64,000 nt of DNA, from NCBI GenBank assembly GCA_016711605.1, contig JADJSS010000044.1, forward strand, positions 158,884 through 222,883, read 5' to 3'. A model generated the notes under the pieces. That model did not search any database, was not told the DNA's origin, and saw only the letters and a program-made list of their open reading frames with translations. This DNA is from Saprospirales bacterium. Its GTDB lineage: Bacteria > Bacteroidota > Bacteroidia > Chitinophagales > JADIYW01. This document shows, in pieces, positions 49,772 to 62,326 of this stretch. Position 1 is the first letter of the stretch. Each line of letters starts with the position of its first letter. The position numbers and the translations under genes are program-made.

Positions 49772-49862
49772 TTTTTTTTGCCGGAAAACATTTTATTAAT
49801 AAAATTAAGAAAAACATTAAAATAAAAACAATGATTTAGAGTAATGTAATTCAAAAAAAATC

Positions 49863-50380
49863 ATGAAACCATTGGTACTTACTTTTTATTGCACTTTATA
49901 ATTTGCACAAATTGCAGTAGCAAATTAACTTCAGAGAAAATAATAGCATAATTTCAAAGATGTAATTATAGACAGTATAGTAGTTTTAAAATCAGCTAGA
50001 GAAATGGCTGTATTTTCTAAAAAGAAAAAATTAAAACTTATACTATTGCACTAGGCAAAACACCAATTGGTAAAAAGCAATTTGAAGGCGATGGCAAAAC
50101 ACCAGAAGGATTATATTTTATTGATAACAAAAGTGCAGTGAGCAAATATCATAAAAATTTAAACATATCTTATCCAAATAAAGACGATATAAAGAATGCA
50201 ACTGCTAGCGGAAAAAGTGCAGGTGGTGAAATTAAAATACATGGTTTGCCAAATGGAATTCATCTTGAAAATTATGTTATTACAGATTGGACTTTAGGTT
50301 GTATTGCTTTAACCAATGATGAAATTGATGAATTATTTCAGCATATAAAGCTAGGCAGTCCGATTTTAATACTACCTTGA
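49863..50380 (+). pseudogene. L,D-transpeptidase (YkuD) family lipoprotein with about three frame breaks in the first 250 nt
   Basis: ORF 50138..50380 ends with '..IKIHGLPNG...WTLGCIALTNDEIDELF' (catalytic H...GC). Upstream, 'LGKTPIGKKQFEGDGKTPEGLYFIDNK', 'DVIIDSIVVLKSAREMAVFSKKKK' and 'MKPLVLTF / LLHFIICTNCSS' lie in different frames. Confidence 0.65.
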
Positions 50381-50440
50381 TTTATCATTCAAACTTCCAA
50401 AAAAAAAACACTACATTTAAATAACCAAATAAAATTATTT

Positions 50441-50850
50441 ATGGAAGGACACACAAATTGGCTGGCACTTGTAGCAGGTGTTGTAGCTACACAAATTATC
50501 GGATTTATCTGGTATCATCCTAAGGTTTTAGGAACTGTATGGAAACAAGAAATAGGTATGTCTGATGAACAGCAAAAGAAAACCAATATACCATTGACGA
50601 TGATTTTATCGATTGTATTAATGTTTGGAGTTGCTTATGCACTAAAATATGTAGCACATGGTGAAGTTGAACATCAAACATTTAAACATGGTGCCTACCA
50701 TGCTTTAATGGATGGAGCACTATTACTAATACCAGCAATAGTGATAATATCTCTTTATGAGCAAAAAGTATTAAATACGTTGGAATTACTATTGGATACT
50801 GGCTATTAAATTTAGCTGTTATTGGTGGAATAATTAGTTGGTGGCGATAG
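50441..50850 (+). pseudogene. DUF1761-like small membrane protein; one frame break near the 3' end
   Basis: ORF 50441..50809. One extra A in the A5 run at 50763-50767 gives '..YEQKSIKYVGITIGYWLLNLAVIGGIISWWR', with the stop at 50848-50850. Confidence 0.45.
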
Positions 50851-51343
50851 TTACAACAAACCAAACTGCATAAAATGATGTGAGAAATGCTTGTATTGAA
50901 AAGTGAGCCATTGTTGTTTATCTATTTCACCAAAAACTGGATGAAGTTTAGTTTTAAAAGTTGGTTCGTTTATTATTTTCAAAAATTGCTGAATAGTTTC
51001 TTTCAATAAATTTTTAGAATCTTGCAACTCTTTTTAATCAATGGAACTGTTTTATCAACTGGTAAAAATGGAGTTTTAAAGTTTTTAGGCATTCCGAATT
51101 CACTCATTAAAAATTCTCGTTGACGTGGTAATTTTTCAACTGGTGTTACTAATATTATTGGATTTTCTGTAATAGCGAAATTCAACGGAAACAGCAGATG
51201 TTCCAGCATTTGATGAACGTTCATCAAACCCCAAATTGCTGGCTCATCGCCTTTTATAGCATCAATAATTTTGGAATTGTAATTTGAAAAAAAACTTCCA
51301 AATCAATTGACATATCTAAGATTGTACGGTCTTCTAACTGCAT
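50851..51343 (-). pseudogene. DUF1569/DinB-like protein with two frame breaks
   Basis: The pieces are 'MQLEDRTILDMSIDLEVFF', ORF 51003..51227, and 'KELQDSKNLLKETIQQFLKIINEPTFKTKLHPVFGEIDKQQWLTFQYKHFSHHFMQFGLL'. One break is at the A8 run 51287-51294. Confidence 0.5.
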
Positions 51344-51345
51344 AA

Positions 51346-51593
51346 TTAATACTTTGATTTTCCTAAACTAAAATCAATAGGCACTTTCTTACGGTTGAGT
51401 TGATCTTCAAAATTACAAAAAAACCTTGTTTGTATTTTGGTGTTTTAAAGTTGATACTATCTTGTTTTGTTGGTGTTGTTTTCACTAATAAAATGCTTTG
51501 AGCAGATATTACAACTTTCTTTCTAACTGTAAAAGTATCTTGTGCTGTAGAAAATATCCAGCAAAAATAAGTGATATTGAAAAAATAATTCAT
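51346..51593 (-). pseudogene. Small exported hypothetical protein, possibly frame-broken
   Basis: ORF 51363..51593 has the signal-like start 'MNYFFNITYFCWIFSTAQD'. An alternative frame after the A7 run (51414-51420) gives '..GFFCNFEDQLNRKKVPIDFSLGKSKY'. Confidence 0.25.
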
Positions 51594-51594
51594 T

Positions 51595-51987
51595 TTATGG
51601 ATTTAGAAAATCACCTGATTCTATTAATTCTGCTTCTGCTGGTAATTCAACATTATAAAAATAGACCCAACTTTCTAATACTTCATTTTCTGTTTTGATT
51701 ATCATTTTTACTCGTCTGTATTCGTATGGTGGATTTCCGACACCAATACCTTCGTACTCGTCTAGTTTTTCAAAAGCAGATTTATCTTTAAGTTTGTAAA
51801 CATCACCAATTACTTCGTGTTGTTCATCATTAGTTTGTATCAAAGCTGGATACCAATCAATTCTATATAATTGAACTTTTGGCATAATTGCCAATCCAAC
51901 TAATTCAGCATTTTCGGAAAGGTAAACAGCCATTGGATGGCTTTCATTTAAACGAAGTGTTCCGTATGTAAATAAATGTTCAGACAT
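51595..51987 (-). CDS. Gamma-glutamylcyclotransferase (AIG2/GGACT-like) family protein
   Basis: 130 aa with 'LFTYGTLR', 'YPAL', 'VIGDVY' and 'LDEYEG'. Confidence 0.7.
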   Translation of the reverse strand: MSEHLFTYGTLRLNESHPMAVYLSENAELVGLAIMPKVQLYRIDWYPALIQTNDEQHEVIGDVYKLKDKSAFEKLDEYEGIGVGNPPYEYRRVKMIIKTENEVLESWVYFYNVELPAEAELIESGDFLNP

Positions 51988-52041
51988 ATGCTAAAGTTAT
52001 AAGTAAATCGTTATAAGTTATAACATAACTCAAAAAACATC

Positions 52042-52709
52042 TTAAAAATTATTAAAAAATAACGCCAACAGTAGTTTGAAATAAATGAGTTTGCGTTCGA
52101 TATTGTTCTTTATAAAATTTCGAAATCCCAAATTATATCTAAAATCCATGATAAACATTGCAACATCCATACCCATACCCATTTGATAACTAAATTGTGC
52201 TGGTCTGATTAAATCACGTTTATCTTTTTTACGTAAACTACTTGTAAAATCTATATTGTTTTGAGTATACTGCGCTTTTATTTTTGTTACTAAATCTACT
52301 TCAAGTCCAGTATATAAACGCATTTTATAAGATGGCTTTTTTACAACTAAACCACCTAAAACTATCGGAATTCCTATTGTATTATACCTAAAAGTAAGTT
52401 TATCGAAAGGAATATTATTACCAAATCTTGTTGTTAATGTTCCATTTTTTATAAACACTTTTGAATGCATATAATCTAAATCCAATTGCACAAAAACTCT
52501 TGATCGAGAAACTCGTACAAACAAACCACCTTGATAACCAGACGCAATATCTTTTTGATTATCATTTTATAAATGAAATAATTTAAATTATAGCCAACAT
52601 TTAAACCATATTGAAAGTGTATACGTCCTCCAGTTTTAAACATTTTTATTTCAGCACGGCTAATGCATGGCAATAAGAATAGTAATAATATACAAAGTCT
52701 TTTAATCAT
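52042..52709 (-). pseudogene. Outer-membrane beta-barrel (porin-family) protein, frame-broken
   Basis: ORF 52476..52709 (signal 'MIKRLCILLLFLLPCISRA') and ORF 52042..52524 show alternating beta-strand patterns. An alternative frame at the 3' end gives the typical '..FQTTVGVIF' terminus. Confidence 0.5.
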
Positions 52710-52765
52710 TTAATTATCCTACTAATTTAAATCTTTTTATTTTTACAAAATGTTATTGTATGTAT

Positions 52766-53739
<974 letters not shown>

Positions 53740-53742
53740 TTT

Positions 53743-55360
53743 TTAAGCAGGAAATAAATATTCTTTTCCATCAATCATAAATCGATGATCCATGATGCGT
53801 GGCCACATTGGTTTTGCAGGCAATTCATTTTCCCAAATTTTCAAATCATCTTGTAACTCTTTTACTTTTTCAGGCATTTGAAAGAATAGATTATTTTTTT
53901 CATTTTTATCCTTTTTTAAGTTGTATAATTCTATCCATTTATCTCTTGAACTATAAATTAATTTGTAATCACCTTTTCTAATTGCATGTATATGATCTGC
54001 ACGCCAAAATAATTTATCATGTGGTGCATTGGTGTTTTCATTAGTTAAAAATGGAATTAAATTTATTCCATCATACACTCTGTCTGTTGGTAATTTTGCG
54101 TTACTGATGTTGGCTGCTGTTGCAAAAATATCTAGTGCAATAATTGGAAAATCATATGTTGTATTTTCTGGCAAATGATTTTTCCATTTTAAAATAAAAG
54201 GTACATTAATTCCACCTTCAAATTGTGTTATTTTTCCACCTTTTAATGGAGTTGCATTTGTTATTTTAGTATACGATGCAGGTCCATTATCACTTAAAAA
54301 AACAACTAATGTATTATCATCGATATTTGCATCTTTTAATTTTTTGGTTAATGGCACCAATGGCATCATCTAAAGAACGAATGATACCACGATACACTGC
54401 TTTTCCTTTATCTTGTATTGTTTTATACTCTTCGTTATAAAATTCTTCTTTTGCCTGATATGGTTCGTGCGGTGCAGTAAATGGTATGTATAAAAAGAAA
54501 GGTTTATCTTTATTTTTTCAATAAATTGCAAAGATCTATCGCGAATAGCATCTGTGAAATATTGTTTTTCACTTTTAATTTTCTTGCCATTTTCATAAAT
54601 CATAGCAACATCTTTACGAGCCATTTGCCATTGGTATTTTGCAACAAAACTTTTTCCTGCATAATTTACGATATTGGGTGTTTTCACTTTCTCAGCATAC
54701 AATGTAAATCCGCTATAACAACCATATTGATAATCAAAACCAAAATTAGTTGGTGTATTTAATTTAGTATTTGTACCTAAATGCCATTTTCCAATAATTG
54801 CTGTTTGATAATTATATTTTTAAGCAATTCTGCCAAGGTAATTTCTGTAGGTGGAATTCCTTGTTTTGCAATTTCCCATTCATGAGGATATTGTGGTTTA
54901 CTTGCAACAACCCAAGCACTATCTTTTGTGCAGTTTTTTCCTGCTAAATACTCAATTATATTCGATGGATAATTGTCATTATCAATAGTTTCAAAACCAC
55001 AACGTTGTTGGTATCTTCCTGTTAAAATACCACATCTCGATTGTGCACAAATAGGTGATGTTACATAACCTTCTTTACATTTTACACCTTCTTTTGCTAA
55101 TTGATCAATGTTTGGTGTTTGGAAATCTTTACTATTAAAACAACTAACATCATTCAAGCCTAAATCATCTGCAACAATTACAATAATGTTTGGAGCAGTT
55201 AAGGTTGGCTGAACTTTTTCATTTAAAAATTGTTTTTTAGATGCTAATAAATTTTTGTCCCATCTTATTTTCCATTCTTTAGTTCCAGTTGTTAATGGAT
55301 AACACGACACAAAAAAGATACCTACTAGTAAAGATACAATAATAGCAATTTTATACTTTT
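53743..55360 (-). pseudogene. Arylsulfatase (S1 sulfatase family), frame-broken
   Basis: ORFs 54777..55310 ('IIVIVADDLG', 'SPICAQSRCGILTGRY'), 54370..54702 and 53743..54369 ('VVFLSDNGP', 'EGGINVPF'). 'GKWHLG' lies in a shifted frame near 54770. A lipoprotein-like 'KKYKIAIIVSLLVGIFFVSC' lies upstream in frame with no obvious ATG. Confidence 0.75.
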
Positions 55361-55411
55361 TGTTGAAATGTTCGTCAATATAGTCTAATTTTAATCTTGT
55401 TAAAAATACAC

Positions 55412-56039
55412 ATGAAAGTTGAAATAAAAAAAGAAATCGCCAATGCAGTTACACATGGCATAGGATTAATAACATTTATTACGTTAATTCCTATTCTTTT
55501 TGTGAAAGCATCGCACTACGAAGTAAATTATAAAATTGTAGGATTAATCTTTTTTTCAATTGGTTTAATTATGGTGTATGCAAGTTCTACTATTTACCAT
55601 GCAATTATGCATGAAAAAGCTAAGTACATTTTACGGATAGCCGACCATATTAGTATTTATTATTTGATTGCCGGTTCTTACACAGCTATTTTAATGACAA
55701 GTATTCCTTTTGAAAAGATAAAATGGTTTATTATAGTTTTGTGGAGCATTGTGTTAATTGGCACTGTAAAAAACTTTTTTAACTGGAAAGTATGACACTA
55801 TTTCTACTATCATTTATGTTTTTATGGGTTGCATGGGTTTGTTTGAAATAAAAACGATTATTGCGTTTAATTCTGGCAAAGTGTTGCTTTTTTTATTGTT
55901 AGGTGGTTTATTTTATTTATTAGGTGTCATCTTTTATGCTTGGAAAAAATTTACTTACCATCACGCAGTTTGGCATTTGTTTGTGCTTACTGGCAGCATT
56001 ATGCATTTCTTCGGCGTTTGGTTTGCAATAGAACAATAG
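55412..56039 (+). pseudogene. Hemolysin III / PAQR family membrane protein; one frame break
   Basis: ORFs 55397..55795 ('NAVTHGIG', 'HISIYYLIAGSYT') and 55824..56039 ('HAVWHLFVL') join with one extra A in the A6 run at 55768-55773 ('..GTVKKLFLTGKYDTISTIIYVFMG..'). Confidence 0.75.
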
Positions 56040-56044
56040 AAGAA

Positions 56045-56072
56045 GTGAGATTTCAGATGTGAGATTTGAGAT
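56045..56072 (+). repeat. Degenerate period-7 tandem repeat
   Basis: GTGAGAT TTCAGAT GTGAGAT TTGAGAT, in the spacer after the hemolysin III gene. Confidence 0.7.
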
Positions 56073-56094
56073 TGGTTTAAAAATAAACATAAAA

Positions 56095-56129
56095 CTTATT
56101 TACTTACTACTTACTACTTATAACTATCC
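56095..56129 (+). repeat. Degenerate period-7 tandem repeat
   Basis: CTTATTT ACTTACT ACTTACT ACTTATA ACTATCC, about 25 nt upstream of the ATG at 56153. Confidence 0.7.
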
Positions 56130-56152
56130 GCATAAATTTGTATTTTTGGCAA

Positions 56153-57522
56153 ATGGCAAAACCTGCAAACAAAGGAATTTTTGGATATGTAATCGTTGAT
56201 TATATTTCTGCATTAGGTGCCTGGTTTTTGTTTTTATATTTAGAAAAATCTATGTGGAGAAAATAGATTTTACGATTATCAATTTATTTCAGGATAAACA
56301 ATTTTTATATGGTTTGTTAATTATTCCATTTTTTTGGATGGCCTATTATTTTTTTTCCAATACCTATTCTTCGCTTTTAAAAAAATCAAGATTAGTTGAG
56401 ATTTATAAAACAGCTACACAAACTTTCATTGGTGGCATTGTTTTATTTTTTAGTTTGATGTTGAATGATTTAATCAAAGGATATAAAGATTATTATTTTT
56501 TATTCTTTGGATTTTTGCTACTGCATTTTTTTCTAACTATTTTCTTTAGACTATTTGTTTTAAATACAATCAAAAACAACATCCAAAATGGCAAACTTTT
56601 TATTCCAACTTTATTGCTCGGTTCCGAAAAAAATTGTGCTCGTATTGAAAATGAAATTATCCATTCAAAAATAAAACTACCTTATCAAATTACTAAAAAA
56701 ATGATTTTGAGTGAAGGTGATGGTGAATCTGTGGAAAACACGGATGATTTTGATGATGTAATTTTGGCATTAGAAAATAGCGACGCGCAAACCATTGAAA
56801 ATTATATTATTTACTTTTTAAACAAAGGAAAAACAGTGCAGATTCTGCCTGATGAAGTTGATTTTCTTTCCGGAAAATTTAAAACACAAAGTATTTTTGG
56901 TTCACCGTTAATTGAAATTCCAACCGATTTAATTTTACCTTGGCAAAAAATACTTAAACGTCTTTTTGATATTTTTATTTCATTTTTTGGAATGATTTTC
57001 ATTTCTCCATTTTTAGTTTTTATTGCATTTAAAGTAAAAAAGTCTTCCAATGGAAATATTTTCTTTAAACAAAAAAGAGTTGGTATCAACGGCAACCAAT
57101 TTGACATTATAAAATTCCGTTCGATGTATGAAAATGCAGAAAATGGAACTCCAAAACTATCATCTGAAAACGACGAACGCATTACGCCATTTGGCAAAAC
57201 AATACGCAAATATCGCATAGATGAATTGCCACAATTATGGAATGTTTTTGTTGGTGAAATGAGCTTGGTTGGACCTCGACCAGAACGCAAATATTTTATT
57301 GATCAAATTATACAAACTGCACCGCAATACCAACTATTACAGCGTGTGAAACCAGGCATCACTTCGTTAGGAATGGTAAAATTTGGTTACGCTTCTAACT
57401 TACAGGAAATGCTGCAACGTATGCGTTATGATTTACTTTATATTGAAAATATTTCGTTACTGATGGATTTAAAGATTCTGATTTACACAGTGATGATTTT
57501 GTGGAAAGGAAAAGGGAAATAG
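56153..57522 (+). pseudogene. Polyprenyl-phosphate sugar phosphotransferase (WbaP/WcaJ-type initiating transferase); one frame break near the 5' end
   Basis: ORF 56254..57522 has 'KRLFDIFISFFGMIFISPF', 'IIKFRSM' and 'SLVGPRPE'. The upstream ATG at 56153 ('MAKPANKGIFGYVIVDYISALGAWFLF') joins after a 1-nt change in a T5 run (56225-56235). Confidence 0.8.
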
Positions 57523-57526
57523 ATAA

Positions 57527-57554
57527 TTTTGAGTTTTGAATGATGAATATTGAA
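57527..57554 (+). repeat. Degenerate period-7 tandem repeat
   Basis: TTTTGAG TTTTGAA TGATGAA TATTGAA, in the spacer upstream of 57616..57954. Confidence 0.65.
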
Positions 57555-57615
57555 TTAAAATAAAAAAAAAATTCTACAATTAAATTTCTAATTTAGAGTT
57601 ATAAAATCAAAAATC

Positions 57616-57954
57616 ATGAAAAAATCAATTCTTCTACTCTTCGCAATTATTGCATGTACAACAATTTCAAAAGCACAGAAAGTATTTTCTGCTGATTACG
57701 CTAGTCAAGCTGATGTAAAAGTGTATGTAGTAAAATACGAAAGTCAATGCGACTTAAAAGTATATAAAGTAAAATATGAAAGCCAAGCTGGAAACAACGA
57801 TGGCAAATGGTTTTTTACAGATTATGCAAGTCAGGCAAAAAAGAAAATTTATTTTGTAGACTATGAAAGTCAAGCAGATTTAAAAATCTATTTTGTTGAT
57901 TACGAAAGCCAAGCTGGTTGGAAAAATAGTTCTAAGAAAAGTTTGTTGTATTAA
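57616..57954 (+). CDS. Small secreted protein built from 'DY(E/A)SQAD(L/V)K(V/I)Y(F/V)V' repeats
   Basis: 112 aa with signal 'MKKSILLLFAIIACTTISKAQ', then six copies of a ~13-16 aa Y-x-SQA motif. Confidence 0.6.
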   Translation: MKKSILLLFAIIACTTISKAQKVFSADYASQADVKVYVVKYESQCDLKVYKVKYESQAGNNDGKWFFTDYASQAKKKIYFVDYESQADLKIYFVDYESQAGWKNSSKKSLLY

Positions 57955-57960
57955 AGTATT

Positions 57961-60414
57961 TTAATAACAATCAACATCAACCACTACTCTAATTTGTTTA
58001 AACGTTTGAAACTGATACAACGCATTTATAGCTTGCTGAATATCATTTTTCATTGCAGATAATTCAATTTTATTTCTGTCAATTTTCACCAAAATATCAC
58101 GTAAATAAAAATTATTTATTTTCTGAATAATTGGCGCATTTGGTCCGGTAATTGTGTTTGGATATTTTGAGCTTAAATATTCAGCAACACGTTTTGCAGC
58201 ATCAACTGTAGTTTGAAATTCTTTATGTTTGAATGAAATTTTTATCAGTCTAGAATACGGTGGATACATATATTGCTGACGTTCCAGCATTTGATGCTGA
58301 TAAAAATCATCATAATTATTCTCTAAAATAAATGGAATTATTTTATTGTCGAGCGCACCAATTTGTATCAATACTTTACCGCGTTTTTCTCTTCGACCAG
58401 CGCGACCACTTACTTGCAACAGCAACTGATATGCACGTTCTAGCGCTCTAAAATCCGGATAGAATAATAGTGCATCTGCATTCAAGACACCAACCAAACT
58501 TACGTTGCCAAAATCCAATCCTTTCGTTACCATTTGTGTGCCAACTAAAATATCGAATTCATGATTTTCAAACGCTTCAATAATTTTGTTGTGACCATGT
58601 TTTGTTTTCACTGTATCATAGTCCATTCTACCAATATTTGCTGATGGAAACAGCGTTTTCAAATCTTCTTCAATGCGTTCGGTACCGAGTCCTTTTTGTT
58701 GCAAATCATTAGAACCACATGCTTTGCAATTACTTAAATTACTTTGCGTGTAACCACAATAATGACAACGCAAATCATTGGTAAATTTGTGATACGTTAA
58801 ACTCACATCGCAATTTTTACACATCGGAATCCAATTACAATTGTTGCAAGCCAGGTACGGCGCATAACCACGACGATTTTGAAATAAAATTATTTGCTCT
58901 TTACTATTTAATGCATGTTGCATTTCATCGCGCAACTGAAACGTAATTCCATTTGCAATTTCTTTTTTCTTATTGGCATCCGTTAAACTGATAAAATTTA
59001 TTTCTGGTGTTTGCACTTCACCAAAACGTGTATTCAACTTAACCAAACCATACTTTTCTGTTTGTGCATTTGAATAGCTTTCAATACTTGGCGTTGCAGA
59101 ACCCAAAATTATTTTTGCCTGATATTGTTTTACCAAATAAATGGCAGCATCGCGGCACTGATAACGCGGCGCTGGCTCTTGTTGCTTGTACGATGCATCG
59201 TGTTCTTCATCAACAATAATTAAACCTAAATTTTTAAATGGTAAAAAAACAGATGAGCGCGCACCTAGAATTATTTTTGTTTCGTTTGATAAGACTTTGT
59301 TCCAAATTTCAACACGTTCCGCGTTGTTGAATTTTGAATGATAGACAGCTACATTTCCTACAATTTTTTCTAAGCGTTGCACGAGTTGTGCTGTTAATGC
59401 AATTTCTGGTAATAAATATAAAACCTGTTTGCATTGAGCAACTTGTTCTTTAATTAAATCGATGTATAATAATGTTTTTCCACTTGATGTGATGCCATGT
59501 AACAACACTACATCTTTTTCTAAAAAAAAATTATTAATTTTTGAAAGCGCATCTTTTTGTTCGATAGAAAGTTCGTATTCAGCTAAATTTTCAATTTCAA
59601 TTTTTGAAATTCTGTCAACTGTTTTTTCTTCTGTAATAAAAATATCTTTTTTAATTAAAGACTTTAATACATCAGCAGAAACACCAGCTTTTTTTAGTAG
59701 TTCAGCTCTTTTTACTGATTTATTTTTTTTAGATAATTCGATGTATGCTACTAATAAATTTTCCTGTTTTTCAGATTTTGAAACTAAATCAAATGTATTG
59801 CGTAATTCGTATTGCGATTCATGTAACTGAACAAATGTTTCCACTTTTGGCTTGTATTTTTCGTCCAACGTTTCTTTTACATAAATGATCTTTTTCTCTA
59901 ACAAACTTTTTAATGGTTTGCTAATTGATTTTTTTTGTAGGATTAAAACAACATCTTTCAACGATATTTCATCTTGATGATTCAATGCTTCTGCAATTAA
60001 ATATTCATCGTCAGAAAGCTCTAAAATATCAACTTCATTAAACGGATTTTTCACAAAAGAAGTTTCGGAATCTAATTTAAAAAATGCAGGCAACGCAGCG
60101 TTCATCACATCGCCAAGCGTACACATATAATACGACGCCATCCAATTCCAAAAACTAATTTGTGTTTCAGTGACAATTGGTTGTTCATCTAAAACGGCTA
60201 AAATTTCTTTTGGAATATAATCAGTTGGTGCATGTTGTGAAATTGCATGAATAATTGCTGTATATAATTTTTGTTTACCAAACTGCACTTCTACACGGCA
60301 TCCAATTTTTATTGCATGATCTAAATTAGTAGGAACTGCATACGTATATAATTTTGGCAATGCCAAAGGCAAAATTACTTGTACAAAATTTTTATATGAA
60401 TGAAGTGTTTCCAA
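57961..60414 (-). CDS. priA: Primosomal protein N' (replication restart helicase)
   Basis: 817 aa with Walker A 'GITSSGKT', 'VDEEHD' and a Cys-rich zinc region 'CNNCNWIPMCKNCDVSLTYH...CHYCGY...CKACGS'. Confidence 0.9.
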   Translation of the reverse strand: METLHSYKNFVQVILPLALPKLYTYAVPTNLDHAIKIGCRVEVQFGKQKLYTAIIHAISQHAPTDYIPKEILAVLDEQPIVTETQISFWNWMASYYMCTLGDVMNAALPAFFKLDSETSFVKNPFNEVDILELSDDEYLIAEALNHQDEISLKDVVLILQKKSISKPLKSLLEKKIIYVKETLDEKYKPKVETFVQLHESQYELRNTFDLVSKSEKQENLLVAYIELSKKNKSVKRAELLKKAGVSADVLKSLIKKDIFITEEKTVDRISKIEIENLAEYELSIEQKDALSKINNFFLEKDVVLLHGITSSGKTLLYIDLIKEQVAQCKQVLYLLPEIALTAQLVQRLEKIVGNVAVYHSKFNNAERVEIWNKVLSNETKIILGARSSVFLPFKNLGLIIVDEEHDASYKQQEPAPRYQCRDAAIYLVKQYQAKIILGSATPSIESYSNAQTEKYGLVKLNTRFGEVQTPEINFISLTDANKKKEIANGITFQLRDEMQHALNSKEQIILFQNRRGYAPYLACNNCNWIPMCKNCDVSLTYHKFTNDLRCHYCGYTQSNLSNCKACGSNDLQQKGLGTERIEEDLKTLFPSANIGRMDYDTVKTKHGHNKIIEAFENHEFDILVGTQMVTKGLDFGNVSLVGVLNADALLFYPDFRALERAYQLLLQVSGRAGRREKRGKVLIQIGALDNKIIPFILENNYDDFYQHQMLERQQYMYPPYSRLIKISFKHKEFQTTVDAAKRVAEYLSSKYPNTITGPNAPIIQKINNFYLRDILVKIDRNKIELSAMKNDIQQAINALYQFQTFKQIRVVVDVDCY

Positions 60415-60512
60415 TTTATTTTTTTGATAAAATTTAATTTAAAAATAGCATAACTTTTAAACGATTTAATTTTACTAAGTTAGCTAATCAATTCAAACAC
60501 AATAATACTAAA

Positions 60513-61040
60513 ATGCAAACAAAACAAGATATAATAACAGAACTTGAACATATATTTAATGAAACGACTGCATTTATTGAACAAGTTGACGATTCAATTT
60601 TCAATAAAAGTATTGATAAAAAATGGAGTATTGCTGAAAATATTGACCATTTATCTATAGCACAAAACGTGACTGCATTATCGTTTAATATGCCAAAAAT
60701 TGCATTAAAACAATTGTTTAAGACAAACAACCGAACAAATTGGAATTATGATGAAACCGTTTGGAAATATCAACGAACATTGAATTCTGGTGGTAAAGCG
60801 AGTTTTGCTTTTCAGCCAAAAGTTAGTTTAGCAAAAAATAAAAAAATAGTTTTGTATTTCTGGAAAAAATCTTGCGATTCATTTTTAAATGCTGCTAAAT
60901 CCTGGAACGAAGAAGATTTAGATATTTATATTATTCCACATCCATTAATTGGCAAAATTACAATGCGTGAGTTTTTATTTTTTTCAGTTTATCATGTTAA
61001 GCATCATTTACAAACTATAAAAAATATTGCTAAAAAATAA
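60513..61040 (+). CDS. DinB-family protein
   Basis: 175 aa with 'KWSIAENIDHL' and a C-terminal 'VYHVKHHLQTI'. Confidence 0.55.
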   Translation: MQTKQDIITELEHIFNETTAFIEQVDDSIFNKSIDKKWSIAENIDHLSIAQNVTALSFNMPKIALKQLFKTNNRTNWNYDETVWKYQRTLNSGGKASFAFQPKVSLAKNKKIVLYFWKKSCDSFLNAAKSWNEEDLDIYIIPHPLIGKITMREFLFFSVYHVKHHLQTIKNIAKK

Positions 61041-61133
61041 GAACAATATATATATTATTTAATATTAACTCGCAGATGATTCTATTATTACTATCAAAAT
61101 AAAATAACAAATAATAGCCAAATTTAATTTAAA

Positions 61134-61160
61134 TAAAAAAGCGCACCATATTGGTGCGCC
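61134..61160 (-). terminator. Intrinsic terminator for the fasciclin gene
   Basis: The minus-strand RNA reads GGCGCACC-AAUAU-GGUGCGC followed by UUUUUU. It lies about 45 nt after the stop at 61204. Confidence 0.7.
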
Positions 61161-61203
61161 TATTAAAATAACTAAAAAAAATGAAGTTATTTCTTAGAAA
61201 TTA

Positions 61204-62153
61204 TTAATCCAATGGTAAAAGTACTTTGTCTATTACATGTATTACACCATTGCTTGCTTGTACATCCGTTACTATTATATTAGAAACTCTGGTGCTTGCA
61301 TCTGTAATTTTAGGACCACCAGTTAAACCAATTTTAAACGTTTGATCTAAAAAAGTAGTTACAACCTGACCCTCTGTTAAAGAACCAGCTAATACGTTAG
61401 CACCTGCTACTACGTGATATTTCAATACAGATTCTAAAGTTGATGCACCAATACCAGGTAAACCTGTAGTAACATCAAGTTCATCAAGTAATGAAGTAAA
61501 TGCAGCATTAGTTGGAGCAAATGACAGTAAATGGTCCTGTACCGTTAAGTGTAGAAACTAAGTTTGCACTTGCAATACGTGAATCTGTCAAGGCAGCAAC
61601 TAATGTAGAAAATGTAGCAGCATCTGCAATTGCAAAAGTTACAACTGTTGGCAGATCAATTACTTCGTCAACTACGTGCACAATGCCGTTTGAAGCTTCA
61701 ATATCAGCAGTTATAACTTTAGAAGTACCGTTAATTTTAACTCCAGAAGCTGTGTTTAAATACATATTGATGAAGCTTGCTGTAGTACCATATTTACCAA
61801 TAGTTTTTACATATCCTGTTGTTATATCTGCAGCTTTTTTCTTAACACCCAAAACATGGTTTAATAATATTTTTTCTAATACTGCGTTAGGAACTGCATC
61901 TAAATTTGCGTATCCTTTAGCACGTAAGAATCTAGCAAAGCTGAGTCTGTTGGCGCAAATACTGTAAACGTACCTGATGCACTCAATTCATCTGCTAATC
62001 CAGCTTTCATCAGCTGCTACTAAAGATGAAAGGTTTGAGTTTCCTTGTGCTAATTCCACAATGTTTTTGCCACTACAGTATCTTCTTCTTTACACGCTGT
62101 AAGAGACAATGCTACAGCTAATACTACTAATAATGAAATTTTAATTTCTTCAT
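61204..62153 (-). pseudogene. Fasciclin (FAS1) repeat lipoprotein with at least four frame breaks
   Basis: ORFs 61204..61425 ('NGVIHVIDKVLLP') and 61508..61852 ('NGIVHVVDEVI'). Upstream pieces are 'MKK / KISLLVVLAVALSLTACKEEDTVVAK / NIVELAQGNSNLSSLV / GTFTVFAPTDSAF', each in a different frame. Breaks lie in short A/T runs. Confidence 0.7.
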
Positions 62154-62326
62154 GATGTTTTTGTTTAATTAATTAGATAATAAGAACCTTAACATCATGA
62201 AATTTATTTTGTTTAACATTTATTGTAAATATTTAAACAAAATAAAAAAATTAACATCTATTAAGAATTTAGTTATATTTTGTTGAACGGTAAAAATATT
62301 ACTATTTTAAAAACTTAAACAAATCT

